From Bacteroidia bacterium (GTDB lineage Bacteria; Bacteroidota; Bacteroidia; Bacteroidales; BM523): a DNA stretch of 34,627 nucleotides. The notes beneath the pieces were generated by a model. The model saw only the letters and a list, made by a program, of their open reading frames with translations. It did not search any database and was not told where the DNA came from. How positions within the stretch are numbered: the stretch's first letter is position 1; the number at the start of each line of letters is the position of its first letter. The translations under genes were made by a program, and so were the position numbers. This document shows positions 16,301 through 26,100 of this stretch, piece after piece. Location: contig JACQWN010000247.1 in NCBI GenBank assembly GCA_016209245.1, positions 1 through 34,627 of the forward strand, given 5' to 3'.

Positions 16301-18873
16301 CATTTGTATTTCAAACCCATGTCATCGTCGGCGACCAGCTCGCTGTTTTGCCCGGTAGTGATGCAGGAAACGCTCATCCCGTCAAATTGATTTTTATATA
16401 CTTCATTGGGAACATCGCCCGATGATTTGATGATTAGGCCCGGTATCTGATATTTCGTGCTGCTATTATTGTAAAACTTGTTTTCCTGCACTTTATAACC
16501 TGTGCAGCCGTTCAGGTACACACAGTATGATATGGTTTCATAAAGATCCCAACAATAAGGCCAATCAATATCTTCCGGTGGACAATGCGGATCGCCAGGC
16601 ACAGGGAGGTCGCCTGTAGCTAAAGGACCGATAATGAAATCGTTTAATAGTACATCGGCTATTAAATATTGACCTTCAAGTAAAATGCCACGGTGATTAT
16701 TATAAAATACAGCATCTTTTATTGTTATTTTTGAAACACCGCAATAATCGTTCAAGACTTCTATGCCGTAAAACAATCCTTCAAAAAGATTACGGTCTCT
16801 TTGAATACATGGGTACATCATGCCGATACAGCGGGAAGTAACGCTAAATTCCCCGCCTTCGGTACATAAAATTCTTTTTCCCCTGTTTGCAACTTGTACG
16901 TTAGCAGGCTGGCTGTTTTGAAATTTACATCCTTCGAAAGATATTCCTGTTGTTCTGTTTATATCAACTAAAGATTCGGGATAAAGCGATGGATAAGACC
17001 AGTTTTCGTTTGTAATAAATTCGCAATTGGAAAAACTGCTCAGGTTTTTATAAGGAGTATATTCATATCCGGTTGTTTCAAACATTAATGCCTTTTTGTT
17101 ATTGATAAACCTGCAACTGGGGTGGTTGTCGTCATCAAAAGCATTTGCAATGGCTTTTACAAGTCCGTTTGCTACAACATAAATTCCGCATTCGGCATTT
17201 TCGATTACGGTGCCGTTCTTTAGTTCTACATAGCCCTGATGGCTGAGGTCGTTTCCGGGTTGAACGGAACCTTCGACGATGATACCTTGCCAGAAGTGGT
17301 TATAACATCCACTTGAATTTGTGAGAATTGCTTCGTCTAATTCTAATATAGCACCTTGTTTTACGATAATTTTGCTATTAGGGTCAAATCTTATAATAGA
17401 AGTGATTGTTAATTTTGAACCAGGCTCAATAATTAAATCTCCTTTTACATATTTTTCTTCATCCCATATAGTATTAGTAGTAATAGGTGGTATTTCACCA
17501 TAAGTTTGTGCAAGTTGTACAGCTTTGAAAGCGTTTAATCTTCCTGTGCCAACACCATTAGGATAACTAGCTGCATCAGCTATAGGGTCAGTAGTTGATT
17601 TCAAAATTAATTTAACATCATAAGGTTCCAAACAAGGATTAACAGATAGCACAAGTGCAGCTGTACCTGCGACAATTGGTGTAGCAAATGATGTTCCTAT
17701 GCAGGATCCATAATAAGGCCATGTGTTAGGTTCACATCCAATAACTTGCCCATAATCATCATACACTTTTTTTTCTGTACTAATTGCACCCATTACTAAA
17801 TATCCTGGTGCACAAATATCTACATCAGGATAATGTGAATGTGTTTTATCTATTCCATTATCATCTATATATGTATGCGTATCTTCTTTCGTTGTACTTG
17901 AAACAATAATAATTCTGTCATCATATACGGGATGAAGGGGAAACCATGGTTGATCTATTGTGTAATTTTGTGGTCTACAGTGAGATCCAGTTGGTCCATT
18001 TCCTGCTGGCATAACTATAACTGTTCCATTATTCAGAATTTCTTGTACTGCTTCTCTTTCGATGTTATTAACAATAGTGCTACATCTACATGACCATCCA
18101 CCTGCTGAGGAAGTAAGTACTTTAGCACCCATTGCCAAAGAAGCATAATGTGCTCTTTGTAAATAATTACCTGCCCAAGCTTGATAAGGTATAATCATGC
18201 AATTAAATCCAATTGAAGACAATTGACCACCACCATCGGTATGCGCACCTGCAAAGCTTGCAACAGCAGTGCCATGATGATTTTTGTAGCAACTTGAAGA
18301 AAATGGAGTATTGCTAAAAGGGTCATAATTTGTATAAAGTTTGTTGGCTAAATCAGGATGATTAATATCAAACCAAGTGTCAAGAATAGCTATTTTAATT
18401 GATGACTCACCTTTTGTTATATTCCATGCATAATCGGTTTGTATTTTTTTCAAGTGCCATAACCAACCTGTTGGATCTTGAGTGGTTAACCACCACATAT
18501 AGTCAGAAGGTTCATATACAGCTATTTGTTCTTCAACTGGTACTTTTATTATTTCTGTAAATGCACTGTCTAGTTCATCAATAAAATCAACTGTTAAGCC
18601 ATTAAAAATGATTTCATATACACTCAACAGATAATCATTTTTTGAATAAGGAAAAACCTTAGAAAACTTCGTAACTTCGTATGCATTCAGCACATTATTA
18701 AGATTCTGATTTTTAGTAAATATTTTGCCATCAATAAAAGGCTTATTATTTTCGTCGTCAATAATAACCCATATTATACCATCTTGGAAATCATAAGAAT
18801 ATTGTTGGCAATAGTTTTTTGTGCTGATAAATAATACGAATAAAAAAAGCAATGTTATAAATTCAGTTTTCAT
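13336..18873 (-). CDS. 1845-aa secreted S8 (subtilisin-like) serine peptidase fused to beta-helix, helical, beta-propeller and T9SS type A C-terminal sorting domains
   Basis: The signal peptide is MKTEFITLLFLFVLFISTKNYC|QQ. The S8 catalytic residues are in canonical order: Asp165 (IAILDTW), His200 (NHHGTAV), Asn292 (PAGNG) and Ser395 (GTSFATP, codon 17691-17689). A parallel-beta-helix-like region follows, then a helical region. At least 7 blade-like repeats of the form YxTxKYxxNGxxxW (SBBP-like) are present, for example YITLKYNTNGLLQW, YVTIKYDSNGAELW and YLLQKYSNNGELIW. The last 85 aa (13339..13593; LFPNPNNGNMQL...VYLFRIF...GKLVVIK) match the type A CTD (TIGR04183-like). Confidence 0.9.
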   Translation of the reverse strand: MKTEFITLLFLFVLFISTKNYCQQYSYDFQDGIIWVIIDDENNKPFIDGKIFTKNQNLNNVLNAYEVTKFSKVFPYSKNDYLLSVYEIIFNGLTVDFIDELDSAFTEIIKVPVEEQIAVYEPSDYMWWLTTQDPTGWLWHLKKIQTDYAWNITKGESSIKIAILDTWFDINHPDLANKLYTNYDPFSNTPFSSSCYKNHHGTAVASFAGAHTDGGGQLSSIGFNCMIIPYQAWAGNYLQRAHYASLAMGAKVLTSSAGGWSCRCSTIVNNIEREAVQEILNNGTVIVMPAGNGPTGSHCRPQNYTIDQPWFPLHPVYDDRIIIVSSTTKEDTHTYIDDNGIDKTHSHYPDVDICAPGYLVMGAISTEKKVYDDYGQVIGCEPNTWPYYGSCIGTSFATPIVAGTAALVLSVNPCLEPYDVKLILKSTTDPIADAASYPNGVGTGRLNAFKAVQLAQTYGEIPPITTNTIWDEEKYVKGDLIIEPGSKLTITSIIRFDPNSKIIVKQGAILELDEAILTNSSGCYNHFWQGIIVEGSVQPGNDLSHQGYVELKNGTVIENAECGIYVVANGLVKAIANAFDDDNHPSCRFINNKKALMFETTGYEYTPYKNLSSFSNCEFITNENWSYPSLYPESLVDINRTTGISFEGCKFQNSQPANVQVANRGKRILCTEGGEFSVTSRCIGMMYPCIQRDRNLFEGLFYGIEVLNDYCGVSKITIKDAVFYNNHRGILLEGQYLIADVLLNDFIIGPLATGDLPVPGDPHCPPEDIDWPYCWDLYETISYCVYLNGCTGYKVQENKFYNNSSTKYQIPGLIIKSSGDVPNEVYKNQFDGMSVSCITTGQNSELVADDDMGLKYKCNHFKDNKYALAVIEGTIAMRQREYDGDLDISIPVGNIFDHLYDPVIVGYNSEFYVGNRPWPIGQYYSYEYEYYYYPNNDETQPKVEYTFPVYVHLFPGDISDFVINEACPSLIVKPPLPITAISNNLLAQNTAIAAFDSVLNNSIDGGHTDLLLERIVTVKPKNYSALCQDLIGIAPYASGKVLVEFMKITFKGQPNKKRVVLLANSPLPRVAKAELPNTWLPPPFMQQVVQQQTGVSVVDESYAKLADMKADRLILLQEAIGVCLNNDTVPAYSDSLITLLNNENDYRAKMLLISYFNRLGMYSEAAQALNELQPLIINLNEYKKSQILQYITLQEILEQIRQNPEQLVTIVNNNLTFLEQVADSENPYAYIGAQLLLEQAGIGNYPERIILPFEPAISKDLSIEGTVVENAGCGGMPVEGYKIALIDEAIVVVPSVTPAVTGTDGSFKYSYFETSKLDPAALYSFATIDGFQLQPPVFKTLAEWMADENIILTLSNVNRVWLSKYSVADSINSQGQVIDLNGNLFVTGYILSPGTSFDYITLKYNTNGLLQWVQTYNGIGNSMDIAYTIYADTLSNVYVSGLSYNMQNQTSEYVTIKYDSNGAELWQSKYYGIFAPVMAVDNAGNTYICGMKQTPQATGFFLLKYNINGNLLWVQNPAPPINTGQIINAISLDNENNIIIGGYNSNISDGNSSYYIAKFNANGILLWERTNFYEYGVFVSDITADNNNNIFGAGRKGIIKYDSNGAMQWIQPDLNLKKVAVDNNYDVIAIGEYGLYKYDNITGAKLWEVPNELWDMEIDNSGNIYVLPDSYLLQKYSNNGELIWTVPYSDPGYYSFSDIVISSNNNIYGTGSQSQWYANNLTYELLAVKYAQCPATAGLKNLFFAGEEEPGTEPIKKPVQEVTSYAMLFPNPNNGNMQLDYYFQSKQDGMLVIQNMQGTVVAYYPLNANNHHTIINNDILDNGVYLFRIFEGQEIISQGKLVVIK

Positions 18874-19760
18874 AATTTAATAATTTTTTTTGTTAATACT
18901 TCTTTATTTGTAATAATACTGAGTAAATAAAAACCCGGATTAAAATCCCATGTGTTAATAGTTAACACGTTAGTATTCTTGCTTTTACTATTATGGACAA
19001 CCTGCCCATAGGTGTTAGTTATTTGAATATATATTTTATCGTTTTGGTATATCAAACTATCGATAATATTAATATGTAAGACGTGGAAAAATGGATTTGG
19101 TGATATACTTATATGATTCATCCAATTAGAACTTTTAATATCAGATGTATTAAAAGTACATCCTATAAAATTATCATTTTGATTAACATAAAACAAACTA
19201 TCTCTTTCATACTTGCATACTGTGTAGGGGTCTAATATACCCAAATATTCAGCTACAATAATTCCTGTATTTGGTCCCACTCCTTCAATAAAACGAACTT
19301 TTTCATTCCAATTTGTATTTTTATTCTTGAACTCAATATATTTTAAATTATTTTCATAAAAAACGTCTTCAACGGTATCTGTAAAATTGCCATAATTGCT
19401 AAAAGTAAAAGTATCACCTATTGTTAAACTAATATCATATATTAATTTCTCGGTAGTATCATAAGGAAACCAATCTGGTGAAACTACAAACCATAATTTA
19501 CTATTATCCGGATTGCTTTTTATTTTTCCCCAATAAATATCTTCACCTTCTCCATATTGTTGCCTAACCCATATTTCTATATACTCACCAATTTTGTTTT
19601 TTGCAAATAATGTGTCCATAATATTACCTGCTAGTTGTTTATGAGCCAAATACCAAATAGATGTGTCGGGTTTTACTACTGGTAAATACACCTGCCCTCT
19701 CACTGTTTGCACAAAAAACAGAAGGATAAAAAAAATAAAAATAAGAAATTTTGTTTTCAT
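18870..19760 (-). CDS. T9SS type A sorting-domain-containing hypothetical protein (296 aa)
   Basis: The signal peptide is MKTKFLIFIFFILLFFVQTVRG|QV. The C-terminus ISISPNPFFHVLHINI...IQITNTYGQVV...FNPGFYLLSIITNKEVLTKKIIKL has the type A CTD pattern. Its stop overlaps the start of the S8 gene (ATGA at 18873-18870). Confidence 0.8.
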   Translation of the reverse strand: MKTKFLIFIFFILLFFVQTVRGQVYLPVVKPDTSIWYLAHKQLAGNIMDTLFAKNKIGEYIEIWVRQQYGEGEDIYWGKIKSNPDNSKLWFVVSPDWFPYDTTEKLIYDISLTIGDTFTFSNYGNFTDTVEDVFYENNLKYIEFKNKNTNWNEKVRFIEGVGPNTGIIVAEYLGILDPYTVCKYERDSLFYVNQNDNFIGCTFNTSDIKSSNWMNHISISPNPFFHVLHINIIDSLIYQNDKIYIQITNTYGQVVHNSKSKNTNVLTINTWDFNPGFYLLSIITNKEVLTKKIIKL

Positions 19761-19765
19761 TATGT

Positions 19766-20728
19766 TTAAATTTTAATAAAACAATATTTAAAAGATTGCT
19801 GTATATTTTCAAATAAAATATTTATTAAATACATATTATCACTTAAGTTTTCTATATTTATTTGTTGTTTGTTGTTATTTATTTTCCCATTCTGTACCAT
19901 TTGCCCCCATATATTATAAATTTTATATGTTATAGTATGATATAATAAATCAGGATAGTTTAATTGAATAGTAAGATGTTTGTTAGATAATGTGGGATAA
20001 ACTGATATGGCTGGGATATTATTAAGAGGTTCTTTAATTTTGGTATAATATGTAGTATCACAAGGAATGGTATCCCATGTGTAAGATAAACCTAATGTAG
20101 AATCTACTTTATATAAACCCAATGTAGAATCTTCATAACATCGTAATGAATATTCTGATTCATCGGACATGCACGATGATAATATTGGAAACATCCATCT
20201 TATATTACCTAAAAGCTTTATCGTTTGTCCGTATAATTGATAGTTTTGTTGATTTAAATTAATAGTATTTAGATATAACACCTTTAATGTTTGGTTATTG
20301 ATTATTTTATAGTCAACGGAATCAACTACGATAGTAATAGTATCATCACATCCAAAAGATGTTGCTATTATCATAGACCAGGTATCACCTGGGTTTGCAC
20401 TAAAATTATATAAAGTTACAAATGAATCAATTGGTGCCATATACCAAAAAATAACCTCGCTACTATCATAAAGAAATTCAGTATAGGCACAATCATTGGG
20501 TGAATTTTCTCCACAATAAACACCCAATATTCTACAAGTATTTCCTTTAATGATGGTATCTCCCAAAACTTCAATTTTTGTGTATCCTATTCCTCCAACT
20601 GGCGGGCCCCAAATATTTACCGAATACCACCACTTGGCTTCAATAGTTGCAAATTCTGGTTGAGAGAAACCGGCCAATCCGGTTATTAATATCCACATAA
20701 GTCCTAAAATTTTTTTAATCATAGCCAT
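19766..20728 (-). CDS. T9SS type A sorting-domain-containing hypothetical protein (320 aa)
   Basis: The signal peptide is MAMIKKILGLMWILITGLAGFS|QP. The C-terminus ISVYPTLSNKHLTIQLNYPD...YKIYNIWGQMV...NLSDNMYLINILF has the type A CTD pattern. Only 5 nt separate its stop from the start of the next gene. Confidence 0.8.
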   Translation of the reverse strand: MAMIKKILGLMWILITGLAGFSQPEFATIEAKWWYSVNIWGPPVGGIGYTKIEVLGDTIIKGNTCRILGVYCGENSPNDCAYTEFLYDSSEVIFWYMAPIDSFVTLYNFSANPGDTWSMIIATSFGCDDTITIVVDSVDYKIINNQTLKVLYLNTINLNQQNYQLYGQTIKLLGNIRWMFPILSSCMSDESEYSLRCYEDSTLGLYKVDSTLGLSYTWDTIPCDTTYYTKIKEPLNNIPAISVYPTLSNKHLTIQLNYPDLLYHTITYKIYNIWGQMVQNGKINNNKQQINIENLSDNMYLINILFENIQQSFKYCFIKI

Positions 20729-20794
20729 AACTTTTATTCAGTATTAAATCCGTTTATTCGTTTTTACAATAATAATCATTTTTATCGTAAAAAG

Positions 20795-20802
20795 CAAATT
20801 TA
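20795..20802 (-). promoter_or_regulatory. Candidate -7 box (TAAATTTG) for the three-gene T9SS-cargo operon
   Basis: The complement of 20795-20802 is TAAATTTG, an exact TAnnTTTG match 67 nt upstream of the ATG at 20728. No TTTG lies at the expected 19-21 nt spacing. That position falls inside the terminal repeat of the adjacent IS. Confidence 0.35.
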
Positions 20803-20816
20803 TTTTCAAATAATCG

Positions 20817-22995
20817 TTAACCCAACTTGCAAAAGTTGGGTTGTAATTTCCTAAGAATCAATTTTATATGTTTTAAAAATTTCATTTTCGGGTAACACGG
20901 ATTTTTTTATAAACGGACGATATTTATACTTTAATGCGTCATAAATTTGACGCACTTCATTTTTAGGCAAACTGCATTTCCGTATGACTATCCGCTTCCC
21001 ATCTTCCTTATTAATCGTTGACGTTACCATCTTATGGGAATTCATTATACGGACAATATTCTTCCAATCATGGTGAATGTCCTTGTTCTTTAGTTGATGA
21101 CGTATTGTATTTATAACCTGGTAGGCTAAAATACCCAAATGTAAATGAGCAATGGTAGATATGTCTCCTTGATGAAACACAGGACGCAATTTTAAATCTG
21201 TTTTAAGAAACCTGAAAACAGCCTCAATCTGGCGAATCGTATTATATATATTCCAAAAACGCGTTTCGTCAATGTTCTTTAATGTTGTTCTTAAAAAATA
21301 AATTCCTTCGTTTTTCTCCGTATCAGCTATCTTTTTTCGCCATATTATTTGTGCTGCTATTCCTTTTCCATCAGACTTTACTTCAACGTGATAAAACCGG
21401 TTTGCCGATTGGTATTTTTGTTTAAGCCTTCCTATTCGTTCCCATACTTTTTCAAGTTTTTTTGTGCCTCCTTTCTTTTCGAGACCTTGTTTTATTTGTT
21501 CTAAACCGATTTCAAAATTGCTTGTATAGTATTCTTTCATTGATAGTTCCTTGCATGCCTTCTGCTCGCTTCTTACATATAAAAAATTATCGCCGCTATC
21601 TGTATCTTCAAATTTGTATAAATCTATCGGATGCTTTCGTTTATCATATATTTGAACCTTAGTTTGCAGTTCTACATTGTAGTCCTTCAGTTTCTCCCGG
21701 CTTACGCACAAATAATCATATCCTGCTCCCCTTAACATCTTAAGATTATCGCTCGTTGCTATACCTGCGTCTATTACTATCAAAGGTTTTCGTTCATTAA
21801 ACGATGTCTTTTCCGATAACTCTTCTATCGTCTTTTGCAATGTCTTGCAATCACTCATATTCCCTGAAAATATCCGGCTGTGTTTTACAAATCCTTCTAC
21901 ATTTACTACCAATGCCAATACAACTAGTTTCGCATCATTACGTTTTTCTTTACTCTTCCCAAACCAGCATATCTCGCTCAATACTTTCCGCCCTTCAAAA
22001 TATGTGTTAGTCAAATCGTACAAAATAATCTTATCGTCCAAGTCAAATAACTCATTTGTTCTTATACTCAAACCATTTTCAACCGCTTCTTTATCATTGT
22101 AAAATTTCAAGGCGCTTTTATATAAATGATACCTGCTTATGTCGTCAGAACCTAATGAAAACAATTCATTTACTCCAGAATTCAATTTTATCCATCGTTC
22201 TGTCTTGTGTTCAGACGCAGGAAATACGCACCGGCTTATTAAATGTATCAACCCTCGTTTTATCTGGCTTTCATCCCAGTCTTGCTCTATCAGTATTTTC
22301 CGTAATTCTAACTGCTCAATTGCCTGATAGCACATCCATTCCGCCCCGATTTCTCTGCCGTCTTCATGTTCCAGGCTATTTAAATCTACACTCTGTATGT
22401 CTGGCTTTTCTGTTCTTTTCTCTGTGGATGGAATAATCTGTCGTGGCTTGTCTTTCAAGTTCTTATCAATAAGTTGTCTGTAAAAATTCTGTGCGAGTTT
22501 CTCTATAGTTTCATTGCCATGTAATGGTATTGTAAACAAACAGCTATTGACTAATTCTTCTATTCGATCCGCCAATGCTTTTCTTTCGTTTTCGTTTGAT
22601 AATTCATCTAATGTGCCTAAAGTCAAAATGTTACGATGCCGAGGATTATTGCCTATCCTATAACTCTGGCATAATCGGTAATAGGTATACTGCTTACCGG
22701 TTCTTTTATCTGTCTTTGGTATAGATTTTATAAACATGGGGCAATTATAGTCAATGCAATTTATTTCGCCAAATTAATTCGGGGACTACAAAATGGATGA
22801 TTTTTGTTATATATTTGTATATGAGATGGTTAAAATTTTTAAAATAGGAAAAAATACTAAAATGGTTATGTGTTGATTATCAGCTATATAGAAGATTGTG
22901 TTAATATCTTTAATCTAATAATCAGATATTTGTAAAATTTATTAACAATCGTGTTTTTCAATATTGTTCGGGGCATTTTTTCCAAGTTGGGTTAA
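20817..22995 (-). mobile_element. IS1634-family (IS4-like DDE) insertion sequence, about 2179 bp
   Basis: 18-bp terminal inverted repeats match at 17 of 18 positions: TTAACCCAACTTGCAAAA at 20817-20834 and TTTTCCAAGTTGGGTTAA at 22978-22995. They enclose a single transposase ORF. The outermost TTAA is palindromic, so it could instead be a 4-bp target duplication flanking CCCAACTTG... ends. I found no other target-site duplication. Confidence 0.7.
20851..22737 (-). CDS. IS1634-family DDE transposase (628 aa)
   Basis: The N-terminus MFIKSIPKTDKRTGKQYTYYRLCQSYRIGNNPRHRNILTLG is characteristic of IS1634-group transposases. DDE-type motifs are present: LYDLTNTYFEG, LIVIDAGIAT and YNTIRQIEAVFRFLKTDLKLRP (the Y..R..IE..F..LK signature). 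Confidence 0.85.
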   Translation of the reverse strand: MFIKSIPKTDKRTGKQYTYYRLCQSYRIGNNPRHRNILTLGTLDELSNENERKALADRIEELVNSCLFTIPLHGNETIEKLAQNFYRQLIDKNLKDKPRQIIPSTEKRTEKPDIQSVDLNSLEHEDGREIGAEWMCYQAIEQLELRKILIEQDWDESQIKRGLIHLISRCVFPASEHKTERWIKLNSGVNELFSLGSDDISRYHLYKSALKFYNDKEAVENGLSIRTNELFDLDDKIILYDLTNTYFEGRKVLSEICWFGKSKEKRNDAKLVVLALVVNVEGFVKHSRIFSGNMSDCKTLQKTIEELSEKTSFNERKPLIVIDAGIATSDNLKMLRGAGYDYLCVSREKLKDYNVELQTKVQIYDKRKHPIDLYKFEDTDSGDNFLYVRSEQKACKELSMKEYYTSNFEIGLEQIKQGLEKKGGTKKLEKVWERIGRLKQKYQSANRFYHVEVKSDGKGIAAQIIWRKKIADTEKNEGIYFLRTTLKNIDETRFWNIYNTIRQIEAVFRFLKTDLKLRPVFHQGDISTIAHLHLGILAYQVINTIRHQLKNKDIHHDWKNIVRIMNSHKMVTSTINKEDGKRIVIRKCSLPKNEVRQIYDALKYKYRPFIKKSVLPENEIFKTYKIDS

Positions 22996-23043
22996 TCTCG
23001 AATCCTAAATTTTAAATTCCGAAACATTCCCAACACGCAGACG

Positions 23044-23075
23044 CTGTCAGTCCCGAATAATTCGGGAGCTGACAG
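23044..23075 (-). terminator. Stem-loop immediately downstream of giant gene 2 (candidate intrinsic terminator, no U-tract)
   Basis: CTGTCAGTCCCGAA (23044-23057), loop TAA, then TTCGGGA-G-CTGACAG (23061-23075) form a 14-bp stem with one bulged G. It begins 27 nt after the TAG stop (23104-23102). On the transcribed strand the sequence after the stem is cgtctgcg, not a T-run. Confidence 0.45.
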
Positions 23076-23101
23076 GTCAATCAAATCCTGAATCCTGAAT
23101 C

Positions 23102-26100
23102 CTATCTTATAATCGTTATCGTCCCCGCATACGGCTCACGGTCGTTATGCAAATCAATTATAAACATATATGGCCCGATTGGCAGTTGACGGCCGTTGAA
23201 TGTTCCATTCCATCTTTTTCCATCATATTCACTGCCCGAGCCGTCAAAATCAAATACTTTATCACCCCAGCGGTTGAATATCTGAATTGTTATCTGGCTG
23301 TAAAGCTCAATATTAAGCAGTTCCCAATCATCATTATAATTATCGTCATTAGGCGTAAAGGCGGTCGGAATAGTTAAGCATTCCAGTTGAATATACCCGA
23401 TCTCGATTGTGTCAACCATCGGGCAATCGTGTTCATCGGTTACGGTTACATAATATGTGCCGATAACAAGCCCTGTCGCCGGATTTGTAATTTGTCTGTT
23501 GTTCCAGTTATAATAATATTGACCGGTTCCGCCGGTGACAATCAGATGAATTTCTCCGTCGTGATGGTCGCGGCAGGATGTTTTAATAATGCTGTCTCTT
23601 ATTACAATTAACTGCGGTTGGTAAACAGTGACAAACGTTGTTGTATCGCAGCCCTTGGAATCGCTTATTGTCAGAAAATATGTTCCAATTGTAAGATTGA
23701 CAGCCGTTGTGGAATGCTGCCCGTTTGACCATGTAAAATAATAAGGCGGCGTACCTCCGATTCCTGATGTCATTACAAAACCATCGCTTCCGTTGAAACA
23801 ACTTGCATCAACAATAGTATCAATCTGAATCTGTAACGATTTTGCAGGTTCGGTAATAGGTTGCGATGCATTGATGATACAGCCAAATGAATCGGTAACC
23901 GCTACCGAATAGTACCCTGGACTTAAGCCGGTGATAACCGAATCAGTACCTAATGGTAATGAATCGTTCCACAAGTAGTGATACGGCGCGTCGCCATAAA
24001 ACTGCGTTCCACCATCAATATGTACAGTTACTGTACCATTATTATTACCTCTGCATGTAACATTTGTAAATTCGATGTAATTTACCGTTAATGGAGATGG
24101 AGAAGGAGCAATAGTAATTAGAGTATCGGTTCCAATACAATTAAGAGCATCAAATACAGTAACTGAATAATTACCGGCAATTAATCCTGTAGCTGTAGAA
24201 TCGGTTTGTCCATCGGACCAAATATAAGTAAATGGAGTAAAGCCGGCTTGGGGTGTTACGGTCGCAGTAGCAGTCCAACCAGAGCATTTAATTGGTGTTG
24301 TGGTAATGGTTAATGGAATATAGCCGGTCAGGTTAATCGAAAAGTTGAAAATTTCGATACACCCGTTAGCATCGGTTACAGCTATATTATGAGCGCCAAA
24401 AGCTAGTCCCCAAATTGAATCAGCATTAGCTGAGTCGTTTGACCATAGCCATGTATAAGGTGGTAATCCTCCGGCAATATTTGGCAAAACAGCCGTACCA
24501 TTTGTATTGCCGCAGCTTGCCGGCGTAGTATTTATTCCATTGGGCAAGCTTATCGGGTCGGGTTGGGATACTATTACTGAGTCAATCAATTTACATTTAT
24601 AATAATCGGTAACAGTAACTTCATATTCACCTGCCATTAAAGTGTCAATATCCTGTGTAACCCATCCATAATTCCAGAAATATGTATAAAAAGGTGTTCC
24701 GCCTGTAACGGTTGCGTCAATAGCTCCATCTGTACCGCCATAACAACTGACATTTGTAACATTAAAGTTGATTGCCAAAGAATCTGTAGGTTGAGAAATA
24801 ATAATAGAATCACAAATAGCCTGACAATTATTTACATCGGTGACAGTTGCAGTATATACTCCCGCAGTGACATTCATAATATCCTGAGAAGTATGTCCTG
24901 AATTCCATAAATAAGCATAAGGAATAGTACCTCCGAGTACTGATAAATTAATAGCTCCTGTCGAATCTCCGTAACATAAAGCATCGGTTACTACTATTGA
25001 GGCATATAATGAATCGGGTTGGGAAAGAGATATTTCAGCAGTATCGGCGCAATTATTAATATCGGTAACTGTAAGCGAATAAGTGCCAACCTGTAAATTG
25101 GTAATAACAGGTGTTGTGTCGTTGGTTGACCATAAATAGCTAAATGGGAGATTGCCGCCTCCTACATCTGCAATGATTGTTCCGTTATTCATTTCATAAC
25201 ATGACAAGTCGGTTTTAATAAGTGAAATGTGCGGTTTGCTGTAAATCGTCATCGAAGTATCCAACATACAATTATTCGCATCGGTTATTGTAACAATATA
25301 AAGAGCAGGCCCGATACTGTCAAGGTCTTCGGTTGTTTGCCCATAATTCCATACGTAATTATAATAAGGGACAGAATCGTTGGGTGTGCCGCCGGTTACT
25401 GTCAAATCAATAAAGGCATCATATTCTAGATAGCAATTAACTGAAGGTAAAACAATGGAAACAGACAGAGATAAATCGGGTTCGGTGATGGTGTCGCTTG
25501 CCGTAATTGTACAACCATTGGCATCGGTTACTGTGAGCATATATATACCTGCGGTTACATTAAAAATTGTTGAAGCTGTCTGACTATTATTCCATAGATA
25601 AGAATAAGCCGGTCTTCCGCCCTGAACAAAAGAAATAGCAATTGAACCCGTTGATTCGCCATGACATTTCACATCTTCTACTAAGAGTTCGCCGAGCATT
25701 AAGCTCGTTGGTTCTATTACTGTTACCGAATCAATATTAATGCAACCATTTGCATCGGTTACTGTAACGGTATAAGTTCCACCATGCATATTTGATAAAG
25801 CATTTGTAGTGTCGGGAGGGGAAGTATTCCAGAGATATGAAAATGGTGCAACTCCTCCAAGCACAACTAAATTTATATATCCTGTGCTGTCGCCGTTACA
25901 TAAAATTTCATTCGCCGATAATATGGCAGTAATAACGGGTGGTTGAGTAACAGGAACAGATGCTATTGTGATACAATAATTTGTATCAACAACCGTAACA
26001 GAATAATTACCGGCAACGATATTGTTCAAATCTTCAGTTGTTTGTCCATAATTCCAATAATATGCAAAAGGAGAAGTCCCCCCTGTTATGGTCAGGTCAA

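Noticed and set aside
20819-20842. The perfect 10-bp hairpin after the transposase stop, considered as a simple intrinsic terminator feature.
   Set aside because: It coincides with the terminal inverted repeat of the IS and lacks a following U-tract. It is reported under the IS rather than as a separate terminator.
21462-22436. Plus-strand ORFs inside the IS (21462..21662, 21804..22102, 22056..22436, 22139..22327).
   Set aside because: They are antisense to the transposase, have no recognisable family, and mutually overlap.
23084-23104. Three tandem copies of AATCCTG/A overlapping the stop codon of gene 2, plus another AATCCTA at 23001-23007.
   Set aside because: The microrepeat is too short and too simple to assign a function, and there is no supporting context.
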